In this document: piece after piece, positions 11,801 through 22,818 of the stretch
How the letters are laid out: every line of letters begins with the position of its first letter
How positions within the stretch are numbered: position 1 is the stretch's first letter
Assembly (NCBI GenBank): GCA_030704615.1
Contig: CM060731.1
Location: forward strand, 88,226,001-88,290,000
DNA: 64,000 bases
From: Takakia lepidozioides
Taxonomy: Eukaryota; Plantae; Bryophyta
Direction: 5' to 3'
Program-made: the position numbers and the translations under genes
Notes under the pieces: generated by a model
Seen by the model: the letters and a program-made list of their open reading frames with translations, nothing else
Database searches by the model: none
Told to the model about the DNA's origin: nothing

Positions 11801-12682
11801 TCTCTTTCGCCTCAACACATGCCGTTGAGAGGTGATGCAGTTTCTCCAATTGCATGGTCGGCTGCATGGCCCGAGAATAGTGTTTTTGCAATCTCGGGGA
11901 TGAAGTCCTTTCCAAGTGCCAGATCTGCAATTGCCACCAGCTTCACAAACTTTGACTTGTATTTGGTTCTGGACTTGACACCGGCTTCCTTCAAGTGCTC
12001 AGTCAATGACTGCAACGTTTTGACCTGCACCTCACTTTCCATGAAGAAGCGTTTGGCATGGGCCAAATCCAGCTTGATGTTTGACTGCCAACAAAAACAT
12101 GCAGAAGCGTTACATTCGATTCATGTGGAAAGATTACTGGAAATTTCAATTTGAAGGATGAGCAGAGGGAAATCGGAGGACGACTTACTTCGTATATCAC
12201 CTCCACCATTCCATCCATAGTGAGACGATACCATGTCCGATCAGTTTTTGCCACGGCTTCTGAATGAGCTCGGGCTCCAGCATTTCCGCGAACATGTGCG
12301 GATCAGTGAGACCAGTTTTCCTCACCCTGTACAGCATATGTGCCATGTGGGTATGCACGTACGCATTTTCAGTGACCCTGCAAGGCACACTCTCTAGTTC
12401 AGTCCACGAAAGCACGGAAACAAACAGATTGGAAACCGAAATGCGGCACCGCATTTCGAACGTGCTTGGGAGGGTATGAGTATCTTACGAGTTGAGGTCC
12501 GCCATGGCATTCTTGAGCAAGGAGGAGTCTGCCGCCTCACCTTGAGGATGACACACTCCACCATGTAATGCCAGCCAATGTGCTTGGCATGGTTGTGCTT
12601 GATGTACTCCCACCAGGCGAGAAGTCGGTGATTCCCGTCCCACACAAAGAACATTTTACCCGACATATGCCGAAGTCTGGAT
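8803..12682 (-). pseudogene. ParB-like/N4-N6 methyltransferase fusion gene, copy alpha (frameshifted; 5' part lost in the gap)
   Basis: Same exons as 16401-21612 (WDGNHRLLAW, ILDIPDG, VLDLICGTG), with 1-bp indels relative to that copy, e.g. near 10680. Confidence 0.8.
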
Positions 12683-13182
12683 NNNNNNNNNNNNNNNNNN
12701 NNNNNNNNNNNNNNNNNNNNNNNNNNNNNNNNNNNNNNNNNNNNNNNNNNNNNNNNNNNNNNNNNNNNNNNNNNNNNNNNNNNNNNNNNNNNNNNNNNNN
12801 NNNNNNNNNNNNNNNNNNNNNNNNNNNNNNNNNNNNNNNNNNNNNNNNNNNNNNNNNNNNNNNNNNNNNNNNNNNNNNNNNNNNNNNNNNNNNNNNNNNN
12901 NNNNNNNNNNNNNNNNNNNNNNNNNNNNNNNNNNNNNNNNNNNNNNNNNNNNNNNNNNNNNNNNNNNNNNNNNNNNNNNNNNNNNNNNNNNNNNNNNNNN
13001 NNNNNNNNNNNNNNNNNNNNNNNNNNNNNNNNNNNNNNNNNNNNNNNNNNNNNNNNNNNNNNNNNNNNNNNNNNNNNNNNNNNNNNNNNNNNNNNNNNNN
13101 NNNNNNNNNNNNNNNNNNNNNNNNNNNNNNNNNNNNNNNNNNNNNNNNNNNNNNNNNNNNNNNNNNNNNNNNNNNNNNNNNN
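12683..13182. other. Assembly gap (500 N, probably a placeholder length)
   Basis: Run of exactly 500 N. Confidence 0.99.
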
Positions 13183-13273
13183 CATGAAATCCGCGTATCT
13201 TAGACTTCGGCTCACCGCTCATGCGGCTCATGGCTCATGGCTCATGGTTTCTGCTCATGAAATAGTAAACCTC
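13183..13273 (+). repeat. Element terminus type B (GCTCATG repeats + GAAATAGTAAACCTC)
   Basis: Matches the terminus ending at 54783 (GAAATAGCTTACCTC); abuts a truncated transposase gene. Confidence 0.7.
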
Positions 13274-13918
13274 GACCCTGCCCCCCACTGTGAATATCAT
13301 CAACAACAGCCCGGACCTCTGTCACATCCCTACCCACCACAATTACCTCCTCCTTGTCAGGTACAATGGTCGCAGCAGGGGGTCTTCCATAATGCCACCC
13401 GTCACACCCCCTTTTTGCCCCATCATGAGTTCCACTATCTTCTTCAGTTGTGCTTCCATTCCCCTCTCCCGCTCCGCAGAGAGAGCCGCAAGCCTCTCCA
13501 GGGCCCCGATACGGGCAGCCATTGAGTTCCCCGCTCCCTACGCATACAAACACCCACCCGTACTGTTAAAAACCAGAAGAAGAGGCCGAATGTGCAGGAT
13601 TTCAGGCATTCGGAGATGGCTAGGTTTGGCATAACACCCCTCGTGTACCATGCGTGGGGGCCCCACATACCCACCAAATCTTAGTACAACGTGCCATTCG
13701 ATTCCGCAACCTCCGTCGTTACCTAGCACGACAATGGTCTCGTCAACCTGTCCAGGAACATCCTTCCTTTCTTCTTCCAAATAAACTGTGCCCGGTTTGA
13801 GCTTGAATTTGGAACAAAGGTAAGTTTCAGTCACTCTGCAAAGTCCTCCCTTGTTTGGGATCCAGGCTCTCCCAAGTTGCGGAGGACAGCAAACTATAGC
13901 GTAGGAATTCGGAGCCAT
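13274..13918 (-). pseudogene. Subfamily-2 transposase, N-terminal fragment, cut by the terminus at 13273
   Basis: MAPNSYAIVCCPP..CRVTETYLCSKFKLKPGTVYLEEERKD aligns with MAENPSATVYCPP..CRVMEKYLCVRYHLKPGSVFLEEERKD of the subfamily-1 transposase. Confidence 0.7.
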
Positions 13919-14344
13919 CGAACACCGCACGGAGTTGGCAAGTGCGAGGTTCAGTATAGCGACAGACCAAGGCTCACAGGCACCATCTAAGTGGATCTGC
14001 TGAGTCCATCGACGATTGGAAGTCGCACATTGAAGTGGAAAGTATTGTTTCAAGCTACATGCATGAAGGTGGGAGGTTTGATTCCATAGCCAGTGAGTAT
14101 GACAATGATGGCCGATTCGGCGACGAAATAACATCTCCTGACAGTTTCTCCTGAGGGTGGATCCAGCAGTATTCTCGGTGCAGACAGGAACGTTCGAACT
14201 GACAAGTGCCAGGACTGCTGGTTAAAACTGTCAGACAACCAAGTTGTGCTCATCAAGACTGGCCGCAATTGTGTTGTTTCGGAACAATGCAACCCATTCA
14301 GGTTCCAGATTTCCCGTCCCGAGTGATTCTTTCGATTGCTGGTG

Positions 14345-16050
14345 GACAAAATACGGCGCCGCATTTCCGTATTGCATCTTGGTCATGCACCAGAGCGACG
14401 GAAATGCGGCACCGAGTTTCCGTCCGGGGGAAACCTTTATACTCTCCAGAACGGAAATGCGGAAACCCATTTCCATCCAGCAAGCACGGTATGTGAAGGT
14501 CGAACGGAAATGCGGTACCGCATTTCCGTTCTGATTGAGATTTATGAACAACAGGAACAGAAATGCGGCACCGCATTTCCGTCCGAGTCGCACTTTTCCG
14601 ACATTTCAGAACGGAAAAGCGCCGCCGCATTTCCATTTTGTATCTGATGCATGGAGCTGAGGGATTGAAATGCTGCAGCACATTTCCGTCCTTAAAAGAC
14701 ATTCATACTCTCTAGAACGGAAATGCGGTACCGCATTTTCATTCCACAAGCACGGTATGTGTAGGTGGAACGGAAATGCGGTACCGCATTTCCGTTCTGA
14801 TTGAGATTTACGAACAACGGGAACAGAAATGCGGCACCGCATTTCCGTCCGAGTCGCACTTTTCGACATTCCAGAACGGAAATGCGGCGCCGCATTTGCA
14901 TTTTGTATCTGATGCATGGAGCCGAGTGCGATTCCGACAGCTTCATACAGCGCAATTCCGACCGCTTGAGACATTCATACTATCCAGAACGGAAATGCGG
15001 CAACGCATTTCCGTTCTGACTGAAAATCGTGAACCATCTGAACTAAAATGCGGCACCGTATTTCCATCCGAGTCGCACCTACCAACATTTCAGAACGGAA
15101 ATGCGGTACCGCATTTCCGTTCTGACTGAAAATCGTGAACCGTCGGAACTGAAATGCGGCAACGCATTTCCATCCGAGTCGCACCTCCCAACATTCCAGA
15201 ACGGAATGTATTAGATTCAAAAGGGAAATGCGGCACCGCATTTCCGTTCTGATGAAATATCCTGAAACCTCGGAACTGAAATGCGGTACCGCATTTCCGT
15301 GGGAGTCGCACCTTCCGACATTCCAAAACGGAAATGCGGCGCCGCATTTCCGTTTTGTATGTGAGGCATGGAGCTGTGGAACGAAAATGCGGCACGGAAT
15401 TTCCGCCAACGTCAGACTTTAATACTCTACAGAACGGAAATGCGGTACCGCATTTCCATTCTGACTGAAAATCGTGCGCAACGGGAACAGAAATCCGGCA
15501 CCGCATTTCCGTTCGAGTCGCACCTTCCGACATTCTAGAACGGAAATGCGGCGCCGCATTTCCGTTTTGTATATTGGGCCTGGAGCTGTGCTACGAAAAT
15601 GTGTACCCGCATTTCCATCCTTGTGAGACCTTCAAACTTTCCGGACCGGAAATGCGGCACCGCATTTCTGTCCAGGTGAGACCTCTATACTTTCCCGAAC
15701 GGAAATGTGGCACGGCATTTCCATTCATCATCTAACGGATGTGAAGTGGGAACGGAAATGCGGTACCGCATTTCCGTTCACATTGAAAATCATGAACCAC
15801 GGGAACTGAAATGTTGTGCCTCATTCCCGTCCCAATCGCACCTTTCGACATTCCAGAACGGAAATGCGGCGCCGCATTTCCCTTTTGAATCTCATACTTG
15901 GAGCTGTGGGACGGAAATGCGGCAACGTATTTCCGTTCAACAACTAAGGTATGTGAAGGTGGAACGGAAATGCGGTGCCGCATTTTCTTCCAACAAGTAC
16001 GGATGTGTAGCAGAGTGATCGTACTTAACGGAAATGCGGCGCCGCATTCG
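14345..16050. repeat. Intergenic array of GGAAATGCGGYRCCGCATTTCC palindromes between the divergent transposase and ParB-MTase genes
   Basis: Dozens of copies at ~50-65 bp spacing; the spacers are themselves recurrent (e.g. GAGTCGCACCTTCCGACATTCCAGAAC). Confidence 0.9.
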
Positions 16051-16400
16051 CATTTTCGCTCCAACTGATCAGACGCTGGGACGGAAATACCTTGAAATGT
16101 GAACACGTGGAGCAACGGAATTGCTGCACATGTCGGCACTCTATCTGACTGAAGGGGCATGAGGCGGCGCGGCCTGACCGTTCGATAATGATGTTTGTTT
16201 TTCGGACGGCAGGCGTACCCTCAACGATTCGAATTTCGTAATGACGCAAACTCCCCGAGGAGACACTTTCGTCCAACCCTTTCGAACCCAAGTGGTGCAT
16301 CACCGCCGTTTCATCTACTTTTGTCGTGTCTCCTCTGTCACCCCTCTCGCGCTCTTTCCATCTGCACTCTTTGGCCCTTTTCCCTGTCTCTGTTCTTCTT

Positions 16401-19400
16401 ATGCTCGAACCTGAGAGGGGGGGAGTTCGTGCACCAGCCAGGAGACCTCGTCGCAAGCTCCGGAAATTATACTTCGGACGTAGGCCAATGCCGAAGGGGA
16501 GGAAGCAGATGCGTCTACAGGAGGAGATTGCCATCTCCGAGCAGCAGGCCACTCAGGCAACCCAGCCACCAGTGAGAGCTCCATGCGATCGGGCTGCGCG
16601 CAGCTGATCGAGCACCGAACCCCCCATTTTGCTTCTGTAATTCTTAGACTGAATGCTAGGAGACTTGAATGCAGAACATGTTTGCATGCCTAACAGGAAA
16701 GGTGGACGTTCTGGAGGGATCGCAGGAATCCGAAGAGCCGCAGGAAGAGTCCGAGGAGCTAGCTACAGCACGTACACCCACCCGATCCCCGAGCGCGGGT
16801 ATTCCTGCCGGGCCTAGCCCTCTGCGATTCAAAGACGCGTCTTCGAAGGGCAAGTTCAAAGTCCCAGAGATCGACTCGCGTTCTTCGGTCATGGAGAATC
16901 GCCAGCAGGGGTCGGGCCCTTCTCCAGCAAAGTCGAAGAAGAAGCAGCCCGTCCCTCTACTGGCTTCTGAACCGGCTCAGGCCGATTCACCCCCCCCAAC
17001 GCGAATGAAGCAGCAGGGTAGAAGACAGATTCAATTGCAGCAGACACCTTCACCTGCAAGGATGAGGAAGCAGAAGGCAATCAGGGCGACGGGCAAACAA
17101 TCTCCCGCAAAACCGCTTCCACGAGCTGAAGCTCAGTTCCTGGAGGATTTCCCGCCTGCAGATGTTGGGGCCGACTCTGCTGCAGCTCAGGCAATGGGAT
17201 CGACCGTTGATCTCGATTTGGTACCGGAGGAGGGTGCTGCCGCTCAACTTTCGCAGCAAGACCTCACCACCGATGAGCAAGCAGGCCCGGAGGAGGCCTC
17301 TGCAATGGCAGAATTGCCCGCACACAGGCCCCAGAGTGCAGCTCCAGTTGAGGATGCTCCAGCTGCTCAGCCACTACCGGCACCTACAGACATGTCTCCG
17401 GAGGATTTCAAAAGTGCAGCGGATAAAATGTTGGAGGAGACACACAGTAGCATTGGCAGAGTTTTGGGCAGCAGGGTATTCCAGCGGACTCTTCGAATCC
17501 CACTCTGTCGCATGGTCTCCCTTCCCATCGTCAGGCAGGCCCTTCCCGGAGATGTGGATAAGCTCAAGTTCGCATTTCGAGAAGGGTACCGTCTGGGATC
17601 GGCAGCGTTTTACGTTTCCATTGAGAATGAGGACGGCGAAACTCGTGGACCCACTGCCGATGAATTGTCAACGTGGGATACCCATTGGCACACTCGCAAC
17701 CACGAATTCGAGGCGACGCTGAAGGGTGATCCCGACTTCGGCCATATGTCGGGTAAAATGTTCTTTGTGTGGGACGGGAATCACCGACTTCTCGCCTGGT
17801 GGGAGTACATCAAGCAGAACCATGCCAAGCACATTGGCTGGCATTACATGGTGGAGTGTGTCATCCTGAAGGTGAAGGCGGCAGACTCCTCCCTGCTCAA
17901 GAATGCCATGGCGGACCTCAACTCGTAAGATACTCATACCCTCCCTAGCACGTTCGAAATGCGGTGCCGCATTTCGGTTTCCATTCTGGTTTGTTTCCGT
18001 GCTTCCGTGTACTGAACTGGAGAGTGTGCCTTGCAGGGTCACTGAAAATGCGTACGTGCATACCCACATGGCACACATGCTGTACAGGGTGAGGAAAACT
18101 GGTCTCACTGATCCGCAGATGTTTGCGGAAATGCTGGAGCCCGAGCTCATTCAGAAAGCCGTTGCAAAAACAGACCGGACATGGTATCGTCTCACTATGG
18201 ATGGAATGGTGGAGGTGATATACGAAGTAAGTCGTCCTCCAATTTCCCTCTGCTCATCCTTCCCCAATTTTCAGTAATCTTTCCACATGAATCGAATGTA
18301 ACGCTTCTGCATGTTTTTGTTGGCAGTCAAACATCAAGCTGGATTTGGCCCATGCCAAACGCTTCTTCATGGAAAGTGAGGGGCAGGTCAAAACGCTGCA
18401 GTCATTGACTGAGCACTTGAAGGAAGCCGGTGTCAAGTCCAGAACCAAATACAAGTCAAAGCTTGTGAAGCTGGTGGCAATTGCAGATCCGGCACTTGGA
18501 AAGGACTTCATCCCCGAGATTGCAAAACACTATTCTCGGGCCATGCAGCCGACCATGCAATTGGAGAAACTGCATCACCTCTCAACGGCATGTGTGGAGG
18601 CGAAAGAGAAGGTGAGGTTTCAATGCACTGAAGTTCCTTCCTAGCAATAGCCACTCTCTTCCAGCTCCTGACATTGGATCGGAAATGGCAGACACGGTGG
18701 CTGTCGATCTGGAATGCATCCGAGAGCATAAGGACAATGTGGTCTTTTCCACTGGAAGTTTCCGACCCTGCAGTGGATGTGTGGCTCAACCGTATGACTT
18801 GGTGGTTCCAGGTAATTCAAGGTACTTCCCCAGATTTGCTTTTCTGACATGAATTCCCTGAACTGCTACGTGACAATGGATTTGGGAATCGCAGGTAATG
18901 TCGAATGCGAAGGAGCAAGTCGTAATGCACACAAATTCGTTCGGCTTGTACGTCAAATGGGATGGAACACAGACATTGGAAGACTACGTGACACGTTTCA
19001 GATGTGCGTACAAGGACAACCTTTTCGCCAGAGAGCTACAGACAGCAAGAAGGAGCGTGGAGTTTACACATCAGGAGGGAGCTGGGAAAGCTGCAATGCG
19101 AATTGTTTACAGGTGAAGCACAGCTGCCCTTGTATGCGAAGCCTGGTTACGAGGTTTGTCTCGGAAATGCGGCACCGCATTCGCATTTTATGTTTTTGGT
19201 GGCACTCTGCCAGTAGGTTGGTCTCAACTTTTGCTCACGCATGCTGACTGCCTTGCAGGTATATGAAATACGTGCTCCTTCAGACAGGGGCCCTGGCTCA
19301 AGAGCCCCTGTTCTTCATGGCTTGGACCGTGGCGGGCCCAAGCTGTGTCTACACACCCGAGATGCAGAAACAATGGCATCCCGCGCATCTCGTTGGATGC

Positions 19401-21612
19401 CCGTGGTACCTGGACATGTCTGGCGGTATTGTTGACGAGTCTGAGAAAGATCTGCACGCCTTGGCAGAAGAGAAGAGAAAGGAAAGACGTGTCCCTGCTG
19501 GGCCAAAGTCGGCAAAGGAATCTGCTGCTCTGGAAGAATCCAGAAAGGCAGCTGAGATGGCACAAAAGACGGTGGATGCAGCTGTGCAGGCCCAACAGAA
19601 GGGGTCGAAGAAGAGGACTTGCCAGCAAGGAGCAGCTGTTGTGACACCCGCCAAAACGAAGAAGCAGAAACAGCCTGTTCAGGAAGAGGGTGAGGAAGAG
19701 GACTTCGATGGAGACTTTGCAACCAGCCCACCCCCCCAAACGCAGGCTGCCTCCCCTGTGCCCACCGTTGTCACCAGAGGCACGAGAACTGGCTCGGCAA
19801 AGAAGGCACTCTTCAACCCCCCAGGGGGGCACCCTTTCGAGCCGGTGGAAATGAAGAGGCCGAAAGTGGCTCCCGAAACTGTAGTCCAGTGTGTAAATGA
19901 GAGTTTCTTGGCGGCTTTGGATGGACGGGCAGCCAAGTTGGCATACCTGAAGACCATGGAGGGTCTGAAGGGCAGAGCACTGAAGAAGGCGACTGCCGAA
20001 GAGCCTTCCGACACCCCAGGATTTCAGAATATGGTCTCGTTCTTTGAGAGGGTGTGTGCAGACAAGGATTGTAGGAGGGGCGGAAATGCCACCGAGTGGT
20101 CTTGCGATATGATCATCTTGGATATTCCGGACGGAGAGCCTGTGGAAGGACTGCAAGCTTTGCCATCTTGGAACAGGTACTCGGAGGACTTTTGGAAGAA
20201 AGGATTCGGGCTTGCCCGCATGGTGTTGGACGACAGAGGCTGTGTGGTTGTCCTGGCGAGCAGAGGAAAAAACACTCAGACAGGAATTGCGAAGTGGACC
20301 CGCAAGAGCGCCGTCCCGATTCTGAAAAAGAAGTGGACGTGCATCAACACACTGGGCCTTCGGTCGGAAGGGAAGAAGGTGATTACGACACTGGCACTCG
20401 TCCATTCATTTGCTTGGGTGTTTTCAAATGCGGTGCCGCATTCGGTTTCTAATCGTTTTCCCCCTGTGTATGCAGACGAAGCAGTTCGATGCATACTGCT
20501 TTGTGAAGGAGAACTCCACCTTTGCTTTCCGGAAGGAGGGAGGAAAGGTTGACCCGAACTGCGACCCACTCAATTACGACGTTTTGTTCAACAACGTTCC
20601 CACGGAACTTCTCCCTCATAGCCTCACTTCAACGGAACCCCTGCGGTACTCACGGACTCGGAGCCCTGCCTTCATTCAGACAATTATGGAGACATGCACA
20701 GACGTGGAGGGCACAGTGCTCGACCTCATCTGTGGGACAGGTATGCAGAATCTTGATCTATGCTGTTCTGCAAATTCTCGTTAGGATGTAGTTCGCAACA
20801 TCTGAAGCGCCATGTGGTAATGTGTGGATGGCATTGTAACAGGTGCCTCAATGTGGGCTGGGCGGTTTTCCGACCGGCACCTCTTTGCCTACGAGGAGGA
20901 TTCATCCGTGTGGGGATCCCATCTGGAGGGGCTGCAACAGAATGTGAAGGCTCCCGACAGAGCGGAAGTCTCCTCGGATTCGTCGGAGTCCGAGGAAGAC
21001 ACAGTGGACATTGATGCGGAGGAGAACCCGGAATACGAGTGAGTGCAAACATTGTAAGTTTGCAAAGCCTTCTGGGTCATTTATGTCAAACGAATTTCCC
21101 GACTGTGGTTCTCATTAGTCTCGTTGATGATTGTCATGTGCAGGATAGCAGGGTCCGGGTCGAAACATGTAGGGCCTACACTTCCTGCCAGGAAGAATGT
21201 CCCGTTCTTTGCGAGGGCCGATTTCATGACGAGCCCGGTGAGGGACTACTCCCTTCCTAGTTATGCAGCTAAACTCGCAAATACAGCGATTAGAAGAAGT
21301 GAGAATCCCAGTAAAGTAGAGCAGATTTTGGAGAGGGCTAGGGAGGACAGAAGGATAAGGAAAGAGTTGGCAGCAGCTCAGACAGGTAGACGGGTACGAA
21401 AGTACATATGTGATTCAGCGGATGAGAGCGACGCAGACAGGGAGGAAGACGACCCAACGGAGGTGAGATGGACAGTTCCGCAAGGGGAAGATGGGATTTT
21501 CGAAAGCCTGGCCAACGAGCAGTCCGCTGGAGATGAGAGAGGCACTGAGGGGGTGGAGGATGAGCAGGACAGTCTAGAACAGGATGAGGATTCGGATGAT
21601 TTTCAAGATTAA
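16401..21612 (+). CDS. Spliced protein: low-complexity N-terminus, ParB/Sulfiredoxin-like domain, unknown middle region, beta-class N4C/N6A DNA methyltransferase-like domain, acidic tail; apparently intact
   Basis: GT-AG exons ~16669-17924, 18037-18226, 18327-18611, 18665-18811, 18895-19112, 19259-20378, 20476-20740, 20843-21038 and 21144-21612 join in phase (4146 nt, no internal stop). A probable first exon starts at 16401, but its splice is unresolved. Motifs: DGNHRLLA (17773), CDMIILDIPDG (20121), TRSPAFIQTIM..TDVEGTVLDLICGTG|ASMWAGRFSDRHLFAYE. Confidence 0.8.
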
Positions 21613-21739
21613 TAGAATTTTAATGAAGTCTCTGTAAATGTAAATTCTCTTCCAGAGTATATAAAGGAAATTCTGCCCGACATTCGTGACCCCTCTCCAG
21701 TGTGCATTCCAGCCACACAATCGCCCAAACCACGACGCT

Positions 21740-22155
21740 CCCAAAATCAGAAATGGGGCACCGCATTTCCAAAACAGGGGAACTCTAAGAACCTCTTTTG
21801 GAAATGCGGCACCGCATTTCCAAAACAGGGGAGGGACTAAATTTTCCATTTCAATGTTGGCATAGTAAAAAGTAATCTGAATTGGAAATGCGGTGCCGCA
21901 TTTCCAAAATTTCCTTTGTCCACACGCCAGTTTTGGCCTCTCCCGCTCATCGCATGGATGCCACCACGCTTACAGAGGTCGAACAACGAGGTCGAGCAAG
22001 GAGGTCGAGATGGCGGGATTGAAAATGCGGTGCCGCATTTCAGTATTGGGGATGGTCGTTGTTCGAACTGCAGGCCCATCAGCAAAAAATTGGCACCGCA
22101 TTCCATTGTAAAAAAAAGTCGATGACGGACATGGAAATGCGGCGCCGCATTTCCA
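21740..22155. repeat. Cluster of ATGCGG-type palindromes downstream of ParB-MTase
   Basis: GGAAATGCGGCACCGCATTTCC at ~21800; GGAAATGCGGTGCCGCATTTCC at ~21884; GGAAATGCGGCGCCGCATTTCC at ~22133. Confidence 0.85.
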
Positions 22156-22183
22156 GAACGGACATCGCAATTTGTCCATTTGC

Positions 22184-22592
22184 AGCGCCAAAGCGAGGCC
22201 GTGCGTGATCTGTCCGGCATCCCTTTCCAGCTTGGTATATCGAGGTCAACAATTTTCAGGACCCACGGACCGCACTGACCCTCGCCCTCACCTCGCTCAA
22301 AGCGGTAATAGCCCTCCAGATACTCCATTGCGCGCAAAGACTCTTGCTTGATTCCAGCAGCGTCTGTGAAAACAGAGAGGCAGACAATGATGTCTCCTGA
22401 TTCTGGTTTGAACATAGCATAATCGTGGCCATGATAAGGGCAGTCGGCTGGATTTCGGCGGCACGGCATCCTTGAAAAAGAGTAGCGGAGTACGCTCAAT
22501 GACAGCAGCTCCCGGATGGAGGAGGAGCAGCGCGGTGGCTGGAAAAAGTTCAAGCTAACGCTGCAATTCCTCACAAACACTCCAGGGCACAT
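22184..22592 (-). pseudogene. Gene X, 3'-deleted copy
   Basis: MCPGVFVRNC..DYAMFKPESGDIIV..RSRTASLWR, then an abrupt switch to palindrome-region sequence at ~22184. Confidence 0.75.
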
Positions 22593-22818
22593 TTAAATTT
22601 CCCCCCTACAGGATCCTGGACCGATGAAGATTGGCTGCTGCATAAATGTAGCTGTTTCTGTTTCCTACCCTGCCATGCAAACTATGGGCAGTCACTGCCA
22701 GGTGGGCCAATAGCCACTGGACACGACGAAGTCCATCCCCTCTTCGATGTAAATGCGGCGCCGAATTTCCATCCGGGGGGATGGACTTCGGTGGCAGATC
22801 TCAAACTATAACTTGTTG

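Larger units (their letters stand above)
7190..13273 (+). mobile_element. MULE-like transposon, subfamily 2, copy alpha (gene X remnant, palindromes, ParB-MTase on the - strand, gap, end B)
   Basis: 8300-12680 is a near-identical inverted copy of ~17735-22180. End B follows the gap, and linkage across the gap is inferred. Confidence 0.6.

Noticed and set aside
12394-13231. ORFs spanning X runs
   Set aside because: Artefacts of the N gap.
14345-16050. CRISPR-like array of regularly spaced palindromic repeats
   Set aside because: Spacers are recurrent and variable in length, there are no cas genes, and the context is eukaryotic and intron-containing.
16401-21612. Bacterial or phage contamination as the source of ParB-MTase
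   Set aside because: It has in-phase GT-AG introns whose positions are conserved in a diverged paralogue, and it is embedded among plant transposons.
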